A stretch of 63,565 bases of DNA, filler included, from Octopus bimaculoides (GCF_001194135.2; 7 parts of 6 records of this genome joined end to end with filler, not necessarily neighbours in it); one strand, 5' to 3'. Shown: positions 36,400 to 49,379, numbered from the whole stretch's first letter. A program made the numbers and translations. The notes: a model not told the origin generated them from the sequence alone.

Positions 36400-38450
36400 T
36401 CGAATATCGTTTTTAATAAGTCGGGCTACATTTTTGTACACTCTTAAAATATTAACATATTCATATATTCTTCCCTCTTCATAGTCACCCACGTCTCGCA
36501 TTGACAATCAAAAGGTCCCTTGATAGCGTTGAGTTGAATGCAGTGCTGAAATCTTTGGATATGAAATCTGGGTTTACACATACATAAAAAAATAGGAATA
36601 AACACTAGTTTATATTAAAAGTTCCCCTGCACATTTCAACAATTGCGATCGAAGTTCCAAATGTATTTAGATACTCAACTATAATGTATCCTCAAAGAAC
36701 ACTTTATTGTATCAAATTACAGATGTCCCAATAAACACAATAAAGTGTTCCGTAAGGATCCGTTGTGGTTGAGCATCTGTATGCATGGGGAACTCCAACT
36801 GCAGGGTTTCAAACAACCATAATATTAATTTGTATTTATTCTAATTTTCCCATATTTGTTTGGTAACTCATAACTAACAAAAAGCAGACTGGGCAATGGA
36901 AACCTACGTAAAGCTCTCCACACAACAGTAGCAGCCAGTAATACGTGCACACACACACTGGATAAAGAGAGATAATTCTAGGTGAAGCTAAAGTAAAAAT
37001 TAGAATTAGTTCCCTTCAAAGACAAATTCCATTACCTCTTTTCATGCGAGTTTCATATTTTAGACAATGACGTGACGAGACGATTTTATTTACTTAATTT
37101 TACTAATACACGACTCCCAGTCAAATAAAAGGCACCAAAACAACAACTTAGCTGAAATATTGATTCACTACCATTTCTTCAATGAAGAGGTAAAACCTAA
37201 CGAAGCTTTTTTTCCCTCTGAAAACGCAAAATACAATCGTTTCAAAACATGGACAAAAAATAACGAAACAGAAATTACTTTATAAGTCGTAGAGGCTGTT
37301 CAGAAATTACGATAAAGAGGAACGGGGCCGATATATGTTTCGATACCCCACAGAATGCAAGAAGACTAAATAGTTCAACTAATGACTTTTCAAATAATGT
37401 AAAAACTTGTCACCATTAAATACTAAGATATTTGAAGTGGGTTTTTGGTTTTATGTGTGTATGGTCGTCTTATTTTCATAAAATGTGCTCAGCAGTCCAG
37501 GCTTTGTAAGTTAAGAAACTATGTAAAAAGAATTCTTCATATTCCAACCAGAACTTGTTGGGTGACTCACGACCTCCAAACCAATGACCATTTATTACAA
37601 TGGTTTTTACCAGCGACCCTTCCAAATTCGTCCATCGAAATCTTCTGGTTCCTCGCTTGGTATCACTTCCGGCGTTACACGCATGTGTCTCATGTCTATA
37701 ACTTTCCCTTCCAAATAGATTTTATTATTTAACGTAAATCTTCTTCCTTTCCTCTTGGTTAATTTATTATAATCACCTCTTCTACCTTCTGTTGGTTCCA
37801 TTGCTCTGAATAGGAGAAGAGAAATATAGAGCAGATCCATTGACCCACGGAGCTTCCATCGTCACGTATTTCATTCATCGCCTCCACCTTTTTTCCTGGA
37901 GAGAATGTGCTTGTCCGTGTCGTTTGTTAGGACCTGGTGTCTTCCCATTTCTTCTGTTCCAATGTTAATGGATACATAAATCCGTATAAAAAATACCGAG
38001 CCTTGACATCTTTTCTGTTCGGATGTCAGCGTCAATTTTCTGTTCGAATTGATTTCGTATTCAGTGTTATAACATCTTTATCGGCTAATTAATGACGTGA
38101 AAGTAATTTTCGCTGTAAATCAATCAATAAATAAAGAGTTATTAGTAATTAAACTTTAAAAATTTTGGTAACTTTAGCCAATTGTAAGCCACAGACACTT
38201 TCATGTCTGTTTCGATAGTAACAAGAGGACATAAAACTTGCCTATTTCTTTGAAAAGTCTGCGAGGAAGCACCTGTTGATAACAGTGTTGTTTACTGGTT
38301 TCTTTTCGTCATTGAACAGAGGTGGTTGTGCTAAAAATAACAGCTAAATAAGATATTTTCGATAAATCTTTCAATTTAAAGTTTATTTGCCAACATCTCA
38401 CTCAGAGAATTAAAACTGTTTTTCTCTTTTAAATAAACATAAACATTTAA
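36400..38450. promoter_or_regulatory. CpG-retaining island, putative promoter; ETS-type CACTTCCGG at 37664-37672
   Basis: CG dinucleotides are visibly frequent here and scarce on both flanks. The ETS consensus (CCGGAAGTG on the minus strand) lies about 30 nt upstream of the ATG at 37635. Boundaries are approximate. Confidence 0.45.
37571..37805 (-). CDS. Candidate upstream or first exon of the PTP gene (two alternative readings)
   Basis: Reading 1: ATG at 37635 gives MDEFGRVAGKNHCNKWSLVWR(S) up to a GTGAGT donor after 37571 (phase 2). Reading 2: acceptor ttctcttctcctattcag at 37806-37807 gives a 195-nt exon, AMEPTEGRRGDYNKLTKRKGRRFTL...DGRIWKGR(C), up to a GTAAAA donor after 37611 (phase 2). 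Both fit exon A. I recognise no homology, and a scaffold linker (34416-34515) lies between this region and exon A. Confidence 0.35.
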
Positions 38451-39681
38451 TTACTCGAAAGAAAATTACCGGAGAACTTTCGTGCTAAAAATAACAGTTA
38501 AATAAAATTTATTTACATGAAAGAAAACTACCGGAGACAACAAATATTGACAACATGTTATTTTCAGGACGACAAAATTTGCAGTAACGTACAGAATGAC
38601 AGCTTCCAAACCCTGTTTCCTGACTGGGTGAAAATGCTCAAACTTTGAACCTCTAAAACTTTTTAAAAACATTTTTCTGGAAAAAAAAATGAAATAACTC
38701 CAGCAATTCAGTTTGGGCAAGTGTATTAGAAATTTTAAAATTTTCAGTAAACTTTAATTTTTGGAGCCAGTGGCATCCAAACAGAAAAGATCCGAGCCTT
38801 GCAACACAGTAAACAAGCATAGTTTGGGCAGCTGAGCATCGTTAGGGGTTATTGGGGGACACACCAACTGTATTTTACAACTGAGCATATCGTGTTAGCC
38901 AAGATCAGTGACGAATGAATCAGAGATTGATGAGGCTACATGTATTGATCCAAAGTACTGCATTGACAGAACTGTAAAAAAACAAAAAAAAACATCAGAC
39001 AAAGTATTTGTTGTAAGTTCAAATCCCAGCATGGCCACTCAGCTAAAAGTCTTCAGGCTAAGTTTCTAGTTGAAAGATACTTTCCTCCTATCCCATCAGT
39101 CTTTGAGACCTTATGTCGGGCTGCTGCCTTCCTTCCTGACTAAAAGCAAATGTTTAAATCAAAACTCATACATAAATAGTTCAACTTACCCTATTTGCTT
39201 GCAAATAAGAAGCATTCTTGCATAAGATGTACCCCTATTTTACAAGCATATTTTGTGGGAAACGACAAATTTAGTACACTTCATCATACACCTAGAATAT
39301 TACTTTTCCAGATCTGGTGACATACTTCACTCTCTGTGTAATGTTTAGGGATGGAATCATGGTGTGGGTGTAGAGTTTCTTTCTTATGAACAAATGTAGG
39401 TGAAAGTTAGTTAAACTTTCACCAACATCCGCACATGAATATATACTGTTGGTGCTAAGAAGAGCATTCAACCATAAAAATCATGCCAAAACTAAGATGT
39501 TAGAGTAATATGGGGTACTTTGACCGGCCAGATCCTGCTGAACTGTTCACATGGAAAATCAATTGGATATAAAATTATGATGATGATCCTTCATGATAAG
39601 ATGTTACTCAAGCGCTGAGTTTTCCAATTAGTATGTATTTTACTCGTCAGAAGGCATCATGTGAAGGTTTCATTTTTGAAG

Positions 39682-39920
39682 TTAACCCATTCTTGCAGAT
39701 TGTCTGTTGAAACTGACAATTTATAAGGGTATAAAACTTGATACAAATTATGACTTGTGTATGATCTCTATTAAAGAATGAAACATGTTCTTAATGCATA
39801 TGCAGTCTGTATCAAACAGAAATCAATGAAGTTTTTTTTCAGTTGTTATTTAGGTCAAAATAATATCTGACTTTTCAGGCAATTTCATTCACTAGAAAAA
39901 TTTTGGCATGAATGGGTTAA
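39682..39920 (+). mobile_element. piggyBac-type MITE (second family)
   Basis: TTAA-CCCATTCTTGC ... GCATGAATGGG-TTAA: 11-bp TIR with one mismatch, TTAA on both sides. Confidence 0.7.
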
Positions 39921-40455
39921 GGCAGATATTACACTGTTTTGAGATTTTATCAAATTCGTAGCATCTCAAACAAAGCCTGTAGTTCTTTGTTTCATTAATA
40001 TATGCCTCTCTACTATCCATATCACGTTATATTTGATGCTACCATCTTTCAATTGGATCTGGTATTTTCTCATCTGGACATTTCATCCTTCTTTCTTCAC
40101 TTTGTCTTTCTCTTCTTTTATTTTTTTTACCACCCCTAAACACCTCCCCATCTTAACTTCTTTTTCTTCTCCTTTATTTTTTTTTTTATTCTACTGCCTA
40201 TTAATTTTGTTTGTTCTTTTTATAAGAAGTTGCTCACCATTCACTCAAACTTTTCTCATTTTCAAAGAAAAAAAGGGGGGGGTTGGGTATAAAGAGATCT
40301 GTGAGCAGTTTACCATGAACTTCGTTCGTGCACAATTTAACTGATTCTGAAAGACAGAGACAGAGAGAAACGAGAATCAAGTCCAGCATGTGACTGGTGT
40401 TTTATTGATTAATTCCAAAAGAATGAAAGTTAAAGCTCAACTTAGCTGGATTTTA

Positions 40456-40497
<42 letters not shown>

Positions 40498-40669
40498 AGG
40501 GGTGTGCCATCTGGGTAGGCAACCAAGGAAGTGCCTACTCAGATCAAAACTATAATTATTAAATATAAAATGTAAGTGATTTCCAATTTATTATAGAAAA
40601 TTTCTAATTAAATACATGGAACTCATTGGTATAATTCAGTAAAAGATTATTATTTTAGTATAAGACAGG

Positions 40670-40700
<31 letters not shown>

Positions 40701-40719
40701 ATTTATATAAGGGCATTAA

Positions 40720-40822
40720 CTATATAGTAATGCCTCACGCTTAGAGGGACTAAATATGTTGCTTATTTTTGGGTAGTTTTTGACTTATTTAGTCCCTCTA
40801 AGCGTGAGGCATTACTATATAG
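40720..40822. repeat. 37-bp perfect inverted repeat abutting a gap
   Basis: ctatatagtaatgcctcacgcttagagggactaaata / tatttagtccctctaagcgtgaggcattactatatag, with a 29-nt spacer. Confidence 0.9.
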
Positions 40823-41577
40823 NNNNNNNNNNNNNNNNNNNNNNNNNNNNNNNNNNNNNNNNNNNNNNNNNNNNNNNNNNNNNNNNNNNNNNNNNNNNNN
40901 NNNNNNNNNNNNNNNNNNNNNNNNNNNNNNNNNNNNNNNNNNNNNNNNNNNNNNNNNNNNNNNNNNNNNNNNNNNNNNNNNNNNNNNNNNNNNNNNNNNN
41001 NNNNNNNNNNNNNNNNNNNNNNNNNNNNNNNNNNNNNNNNNNNNNNNNNNNNNNNNNNNNNNNNNNNNNNNNNNNNNNNNNNNNNNNNNNNNNNNNNNNN
41101 NNNNNNNNNNNNNNNNNNNNNNNNNNNNNNNNNNNNNNNNNNNNNNNNNNNNNNNNNNNNNNNNNNNNNNNNNNNNNNNNNNNNNNNNNNNNNNNNNNNN
41201 NNNNNNNNNNNNNNNNNNNNNNNNNNNNNNNNNNNNNNNNNNNNNNNNNNNNNNNNNNNNNNNNNNNNNNNNNNNNNNNNNNNNNNNNNNNNNNNNNNNN
41301 NNNNNNNNNNNNNNNNNNNNNNNNNNNNNNNNNNNNNNNNNNNNNNNNNNNNNNNNNNNNNNNNNNNNNNNNNNNNNNNNNNNNNNNNNNNNNNNNNNNN
41401 NNNNNNNNNNNNNNNNNNNNNNNNNNNNNNNNNNNNNNNNNNNNNNNNNNNNNNNNNNNNNNNNNNATAATATATACATATATATATATAATATATACAT
41501 ACATATAATATATACATATATATATATACATACATATAATATATACATATATATATATACATACATATAATATATAC

Positions 41578-41645
<68 letters not shown>

Positions 41646-41777
41646 ATACATACATATATATATATACATACATATAATATATACATATATATATACATAC
41701 ATATAATATATACATATATATATATATACATATATCTACATTCATAAATACATACACAAACGTGCACATATGTATAT

Positions 41778-41808
<31 letters not shown>

Positions 41809-42105
41809 CATATAAGTGTGTGTGTGTGTGATAATGCATTTTAGTATTAAACCCACCTGTCATGATTAAAGCTCTAGAATGCATTAAATGTAGAGACACG
41901 AAAGCAGAATTATTTCTGCTTTCATGCAGTGTCATTACAGTGTGGCAAAAAGTGTGTGCGCATGTGTGTGGAGCTCTGGTTATTGAGCTTATGCTTGGGA
42001 GGTTTTTAAAATTCATTGTCAGTATATAAAACAGTAATAACTAATAAATATATGTGTGTGTGTGTATATATATAAATTTGGTGTTTGTTGCATTTCATTA
42101 CTTAA

Positions 42106-42870
42106 TAAATGAAAAAATATATAAAGAAATGACAAAACGTATACTGAATGTAAAAATAAACATGAGACAAACAGAAAGTCCATAATTCTTCATCAGTTAT
42201 CGACCAATGATACTTTTTCAGTTTCACACGTTTAGTGATAAGACTGAATGCTTCCCAATTGGCAGTGCCTGCAAATAAAGTTTTTTTGTATAGAATTAGG
42301 GACAAGAGCAAACAAAACAACACAGTGTGATTTAGGATGGTGGACGAGGACAAAGCAGTTGAACAAAATACTGCCTTGGGGCTCAGAAGATGAGAATAGT
42401 GGGTAACACTTAGAAAATATTTTGAACAATGGAGAATGGAGAGACAGAATTTGTGACTGATCAGCTAAGAGACCAGTCTAAGAAAGGAAGAAAAAGAGGA
42501 ACTGGCCGCAGCAGGGAGAGAGATCAATAGAGAAAAGAAGGGGAAAGAGAAAGGCTAGAAATCAAAGAGGGAGACAGAGAGAGAGAGAAAGAGAGTAAAT
42601 ATAAAGGCCATATTTTGTTCAACTGTTTGTCCTCGTCTACCATCCTAAATCACACTGTGTTTTGTTTGCTCTTGTCCCTAATTCTATACAAAAAAACTTT
42701 ATTTGCAGGCACTGCCAATTGGGAAGCATTCAGTCTTATCACTAAACGTGTGAAACTGAAAAAGTATCATTGGTCGATAACTGATGAAGAATTATGGACT
42801 TTCTGTTTGTCTCATGTTTATTTTTACATTCAGTATACGTTTTGTCATTTCTTTATATAGTTTTCATTTA
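42106..42870. repeat. Long inverted repeat: ~260-bp arms, ~240-bp spacer
   Basis: Arms at 42106-42370 and 42611-42870. The ORF track gives nearly the same peptide on opposite strands (42102..42353 minus; 42615..42860 plus). Confidence 0.93.
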
Positions 42871-42977
42871 TATATATAATAATATTAGGGATAAAAATCC
42901 AAATTTACAGGTAAAAACTCAAATTCAATTTATCAAAAATTAAGATTAAATTAAGTTTCACAGTATAAAATATATGA

Positions 42978-43424
42978 ATATATAGTTTTAGAGAAAAGAA
43001 CCAAAGTTCATGAACTTATCCATGAAAATCCACAGTCACATATAGAAAAATTAATAAGTAAAAGCACGATAAATAAGTATAATATAATACAAAGTAAATA
43101 TCATAAGATAATGATAATAAAACGACTACACGTGCTTCATAACCAAGTTTTCAAATAGAAAATAAAATATATTCAAATCGATTAAATCAATTAGCTATAT
43201 TTTTGAATAGAATTGATTTTCAATTGATTTAATCGATTTGAATATACTTTATTTTCTATTTGAAAACTTGGTTATGAAACACGTGTAGTCATTTTATTAT
43301 CATTATTTTATGATTTTTACTTTGTATTATTTATCGTGCATTTACTTATTAATTTTTCTATACATGACTGGATTTTCATGGATAAGTTCATGAACTTTGG
43401 TTCTTTTCTCTAAAACTATATATA
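42978..43424. repeat. AT-rich palindrome with ~210-bp arms
   Basis: tatagttttagagaaaagaaccaaagttcatgaacttatccatgaaaatcc...aaatcgattaaatcaatt pairs with aattgatttaatcgattt...ggattttcatggataagttcatgaactttggttcttttctctaaaactata. Loop about 30 nt, a few indels. Confidence 0.93.
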
Positions 43425-43434
43425 TATTCTAAAG

Positions 43435-43498
<64 letters not shown>

Positions 43499-45408
43499 CA
43501 ATAGAGAGTTTACACCAGTTTACATTATCCATTTGCGTACATAATATTTTTTTATTTCAAATGAGAACTGATTGTTAAATTTTGCTGCACACTGAAAAGC
43601 GAGCAACACAGAAAAGTTTCTATGTTAATTAATGTTATAATAGTGTCACACTTGAAATGACTTCACCCTACAGCACAAACATCGTCTAAATTCATTTGGT
43701 CCATATATATTTTCCCAGTATGAATTAATCACCATGTAAAGATTTTTGCTTCAATATTAGTTTGGAAAATTAGTAAAGTTTATTTGCTGTAATGAGGATA
43801 AGAAAATGTACTTAAGTGGCTTCTTAGGGCTATGTTGTATAATTGCCTGGAGACCTCATGATTGAGGAACCCCAATACTGTGGTTGTATATGTAGGGCAT
43901 AGGGATTTGCTCTTCCCATTAGCAAATAACAGTTTCAAAGTATGGCATAAGGCCAGCAATTTAAGGGTCAGGGATAAGCTGATTATATTGACCTCAGCAT
44001 TCAATCCTGAAAGGATAACAGGAAAAGTTGATGTTGGCAGGATTTGAACTCAGAGTGTAAAGAGTTGGAAGAAATGCTGCCAAGCATTTTATCTGTTTAT
44101 CTCACACAATAACATTTCTGCCTGCTAACCACCTTTCCAGGAATGTATAAGGTTGCAAAGCCAGTTTTGCTTCAATTGTTTATATATCCGTGTAAATAGA
44201 TATATTGTGCATTGTTTCTCCCCACCAAACTGAGCCCTCAGCTCTATTTTGGTTCCCGATACCCTCATTCATAGAAGCAGGGCTATAGTGATGTCATATT
44301 ATATTTTATAATGCTTATGACAAAAAAAAAAAGAAAAGAAAAAACTTTCATGATCTTCCATATTTAATATTGGTATTTTTTTCCAAACGGGAAACCAGCA
44401 TTTTGGGGGGGGGGGGGATTATAAATTTTTTCTACTTTAATATTATATTCTATTAATCCAGCAATATCTTAATGATGCAATATTTAATTTCATTGCCAAA
44501 TCTGGAATAATATTTGGTAGCTTGGCACAAACCAGCTGCTAAATTCTTGGCAGTTAAATGAATCAGTTGATAAAATGTTGGCAACTTACCACAGTGAATG
44601 TGGAGGTGGGGGTGAAAGAGAGAAATAGCTGTCAATTTCTTTCTGTGGGCAGAAAAGTAAGGGATATTAATCCCCTGAAGTGTGGCCAACCAGTCATGTA
44701 ACATGGTAGAATAATCTCCATTTTGTTTTCAGTTTGAGAAGAGAATAATAAAATGTATTTACCTTTGTTTACCTTCAATAGCACATACATTGAAGAAGAA
44801 GAAGAAGGAGAAGAAGAAGAATTAGTTTACACACTAGAAAAGCATCCAGTAATACCCAGCCAAATTCTAAAACACCATTGTAAATAAAGGTCTCATTTAA
44901 AATCATGTCTGCATTTGTTATATATGTATCCATATATGACAATGATGATGATGATGATGAATATATGTCCCACTAAACTTAGCTCATTTATGTGTGTATA
45001 AATATGTCTTTAAGAGTAGAATGTGAAGCAGATGAATCTATAAATAATAGCAAATAAATATGGATTTTAAAAAAAGTCCTTGAATGGCAAAGGCTGTCTG
45101 TGGGACTTGAACCTACATGTAAACATGACAGATGTTCTACCATTGCACTAAAGCAATCCTTTGAATTTTATCAGCCATTTCAGGAGCTTTGTTCTTACCA
45201 GCACAAATAATAAGAGAGACAGAGACAGGCAGAATCAAGGAAAATGCCCCTTGGATTTGAATTCTATGCAAATATTCTTTTAAAATACTTTTCATTTAAT
45301 TTTTCCAAAAATTAATTGTCTTACAGTTGAAAAAGTCTCAATGACTGAAACCGGTACTGAAATGTTTTTTATAAAATTATTTTAGCATTTTCAACTTTGA
45401 CTTTTTTT

Positions 45409-45449
<41 letters not shown>

Positions 45450-45734
45450 TATATAAAATTCTTAAATTACATTTGCCTCACAGGGAAGGGCATGTTGTTG
45501 GTAATCTATTTTGTTGCTACCTGTACATTAACTTGTATATATTTGCTCACTGTACAAAGATAGTGTATATGAAAACGTTTTTTTGTTACAAATGTTGGCT
45601 AAAATCTATAGTAGAGCGTAACATATTATATACATATATGTGTGTGTGTGTGTTATATGCATAGATACATACTAAAGGAGCTAATTAGTTGCCTCTAATA
45701 CAAATACATCTTCTCATATTAATCCTGGCTATGT

Positions 45735-45880
45735 CATGAGAAGTTTGCTTCTCAACCACATAATTCCAGGTTCAATCCCACTGTGTGTCTTCTACTGTAG
45801 GCTCAGACTAACCAAAGCCTTGTGAGTAGATTTATGAGTGGATTTCAATTACAGATGGAAACTGAAAGAAGCCCATCATG

Positions 45881-45917
<37 letters not shown>

Positions 45918-46135
45918 CTCTTAATACCCATGTTTGTCCCACACCACCAATTGACAACTAGTGTTGGGGTGTTTACATCCTTGTAACTTAGCAGTACATA
46001 AAAAAAAATGAAAGAATAAATACCAGGCTTAACAGAAAAATAAGTAGTGGGGGCCAGTTTCTTTGACCAAAACTTGTTCACGATGCTGCCCAACCATGGC
46101 TGCAGTCTAATGACCAAAACAAATAAAAGAAAAAA
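45735..46135 (+). mobile_element. SINE family A copy (heavily decayed)
   Basis: Recognisable head, gaaactgaaagaagccc and body remnants. Confidence 0.7.
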
Positions 46136-46148
46136 GGTTATGTCAATG

Positions 46149-46181
<33 letters not shown>

Positions 46182-46200
46182 ATATGTATATATATATATG

Positions 46201-46252
<52 letters not shown>

Positions 46253-46256
46253 TATG

Positions 46257-46323
<67 letters not shown>

Positions 46324-46325
46324 GT

Positions 46326-46425
46326 NNNNNNNNNNNNNNNNNNNNNNNNNNNNNNNNNNNNNNNNNNNNTTAATTAATTAANNNNNNNNNNNNNNNNNNN
46401 NNNNNNNNNNNNNNNNNNNNNNNNN
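46326..46425. other. Assembly join linker
   Basis: 44N-TTAATTAATTAA-44N. Confidence 0.95.
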
Positions 46426-47100
46426 TTCATACTCTTAATTGCTTTATCTACCATGGTACTGTCAACTCGGATAGCTGGTCCCTCTGTTGGGTCAACATAC
46501 GGCAGACGCTCTTTCTCCCATTCATTCTCTTTATTAAGCAATCTATCGTAGTGGCATCTCCAGACCTCTTTCTTGGCAGCCTCATTTAGTGCAAGTGTAC
46601 CATCATCCATGCGAATACATTTCTCTCCTATGACATCACTATTCTCTCTCCTACACTGTCTTGCAACACGAAATACCTCAAGTCTTTAGTTCTCACGGCG
46701 CAGAACATTGGCAAATCTTTTCTTATCTGATACCCCTCTAGCTAAATAAACCTGTCGCCTATCTTCCCTTCTGGCAGATTGGTACAATTCCCTGCTACCA
46801 CAGTTCTTCCTGTCCTTCCAAACCTGTTTCTTTTGTCTAATAGCCCTGTCTACCTCCTTGTTCCACCGCCACATTACTCTGGGTCGAGAGGGGAGTTTAC
46901 TCCAGCCACAGATCTGGTCGGTGGCTCTCAGCAGGTTGTCCCGCAGAAATCTCCAATTGTCTTCCATGTTGTATGATGCTATACCCCCTTCTATTTCATC
47001 AAATGCTTCGAATAACATGTCTCTAAGTCTCTGTCCATTTGCAGGGTCTTTAAGCTTCTGGGTCTTATCTCTAGGAGCTTTTTCCAAAACCCACAGCTGC
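46426..47100 (-). mobile_element. RTE-LINE ORF2 relic (endonuclease-to-RT linker), copy 1
   Basis: LRDNLLRATDQICGWSK...WRWNKEVDRAIRQKK and EVWRCHYDRLLNKENEW are typical RTE linker motifs (WWNxxV; W..HY..LLN). Confidence 0.85.
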
Positions 47101-47264
47101 TATATGTAAGTTACATATTAATATATTAATATGGCCTGCTTTAGAGCCTAATATTATACCCTATGCACTCTAGGTTATAAATTATAAACAATTTTCCATT
47201 AGAATGGAGATCTATAGTGTGTTATCCTACCTCTAGGGTGTTATGCAAAATCCACAATTGCTAT

Positions 47265-48270
47265 TGGGCTTTTCCTGGTTTCATACCCTTAATTGCTTTA
47301 TCTACCAGGGTGCTGTCTATTCAGATAACTAGTCCCTCTACTGGGTCAATATTTGGCAGGCTCTCCTCCTCCCATTCATTCTGCACATACAGCAGTCTTT
47401 CATAATGGCTTCTCCAAGCCTCTTTCTTTTCTGAATCATTAAAAGCAAGTGCACCATCATCCTTGCAGACACATTTCTCTCCTGTGACATCACAATTTTC
47501 TCTCACACATTGTCTTGCAATCCGAAATACTTCAATTCTTTGCTCCTCATGTCACTGGACATTGGCAAACTTCTTCTTTTCTGCTTCTCCCTTGCCTATG
47601 TATACCTGTTGCCCAACCTTCCTTTTGGCTATCTGGTACATTTCCCTGCTACCACCACTCTTCCAGGCCTTCTAGGCCTCTTTCTTTGCTCTAATGGCTT
47701 TGTCTACCATATTATTCCACCACTCCGTTACTCTAGGTCTAGAAGGGACTTTGCACCATCTGCAGACTTGGTCTGTGGCACTCAATAAGCTGTCCTGTAG
47801 GAATTTCCAGCTACCTTCTATGTCCGAGGTCTGTAGCTCCTCCTCCCTCACATCAAATTTCTTGATGAGGATGTCCCTAAATCTCTGACCATGTGAAGGG
47901 TTCTTTAGCTTCCAAATCCTTCTTTTCTGGATTGGTCTGCTTCTTGGCATCCTTCTGGCTTTGAGTCTAAAGTCATTAATCTATGCTGGGGCGTACATTC
48001 TTCACCTGGGAGTGTCTTTGTATTTAAGAGCAACCCTGCGTCCTGCTGATGGTGAGGATGAAATCAATCTAGCTAGCAGGGTCACCTGATTGATAGGTTA
48101 TTAGGTGGCTGTCTGGCTTCCTGAAGTTAGTGTTGCTGATTAAAAGGTTACATGCATCACAAAACTCCAGTAGCCTAGTTCCCTCATTGTTCTGGGAACC
48201 AATACCATGGACCCCATGTACACCAGTGAAGATACCAGATTTCCGCCCAACATGCCCATTAAAAAAATAT
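47265..48270 (-). mobile_element. RTE-LINE ORF2 relic, copy 2 (same region, diverged)
   Basis: LQDSLLSATDQVCRWCK...EWWNNMVDKAIRAKKEA and EAWRSHYERLLYVQNEW. Confidence 0.85.
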
Positions 48271-48660
48271 ATTTCCCAGATTCATTATTTCTGTATTTTT
48301 CTACAGGGATAAAAAAAAAGAATTTTCAAAAAAAGTTACAAATTAAGAAATTGCAGTGGTGACGGGAGAAAATAAAAATTTTGAAAACAAGATTTCTGGG
48401 CAAAATCGTATTACCCCCTTTTACACGATGAAACAATACATAGTTTGTGATCCTTCATTAGAACAGAAAGCACTTTCATGCAAATTAAAGCAAATTGTAC
48501 CCTGCCCCGCTTCACTTACAAACAAACAATAACTTCCATTATGCCAGTAATCCAGTTCACTATATATCAGCAGTACTGATTCTGCCCATAAAAAAGGAAC
48601 AAATAATACAATGTGACTGTAGGTCATGACATCCGGGCATATATATATCATATATATTTT

Positions 48661-49312
48661 ATGAATTTTTAGTTAGTCTGCTTTCCTGCTTTCAGCCAGT
48701 GTATATGTGAAGTGTATATCTGAAGTGGCTGGATGTATTTGACATCTATTTTCAGCATATAGGCATGGTAGCTTTCATGCCTTTAAGTATAGTTGTATCC
48801 TATAAAATTATACATCCATATGTGTTTTTCCCAAAAGGTTTTTTTTTTTTATATGTTAGCCACTGATAAAATTAATTGATTTTAATGATTTCATCCTTTA
48901 ATTATGTTTAAATGTAACCCATTCACTTCAGGACAGTTTATTTACTTCTGTACTATTCTGACCAAATACACACGTGTTGAGGTGTACTGCTAAATTCCAT
49001 GCATATATATTTGTGAATGTTTGCATGTACTCACATTTTGTGTGTGCTTTTATGTAGGTATGTATAAATATTTTAATTTATTTCGCTCAGTATGTTTTGC
49101 TGATGGAGGAAAAGGTATCAAACTAATCCAGGAATTGATCAATCCAAAACTATCTGAATTATGAAATTTTAGTTAGTCTGCTTTCCTGCTTGCAGCCAGT
49201 GTATATGTGAAGTGAAGATCTGAAGTAGCTGGATGTATTTGACTTCTATTTTCAGCATATAGGCAAGGTAGCTTCTGTGCCTTTAAGTATAGTTGTATCC
49301 TATACAATTATA
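48661..49312 (+). repeat. ~152-bp direct duplication 500 bp apart
   Basis: 48661-48812 and 49161-49312 are near-identical (about a dozen substitutions, no indels seen). Confidence 0.9.
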
Positions 49313-49321
49313 TATCTCTAT

Positions 49322-49379
<58 letters not shown>

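Noticed and set aside
36487-36548. Possible minus-strand exon HCIQLNAIKGPFDCQCET with a phase-2 GTGGGT donor
   Set aside because: Weak acceptor and no homology; it cannot be told apart from chance.
40314-40346. 33-nt minus-strand microexon candidate (ctttcag|...|gtaaac)
   Set aside because: The phase-2 reading has a stop and there is no partner exon; the acceptor-like tract is part of a (GA)/(CT) repeat.
44590-44674. Minus-strand AG...GTAAGT segment, GINIPYFSAHRKKLTAISLFHPHLHIHC
   Set aside because: No homology or compositional support.
45092-45159. tRNA-like sequence on the minus strand (A-box, GGTTCAAGTCC B-box, GTC anticodon-like loop)
   Set aside because: The acceptor stem does not pair and the anticodon loop is short; at best a decayed tRNA pseudogene or SINE head.
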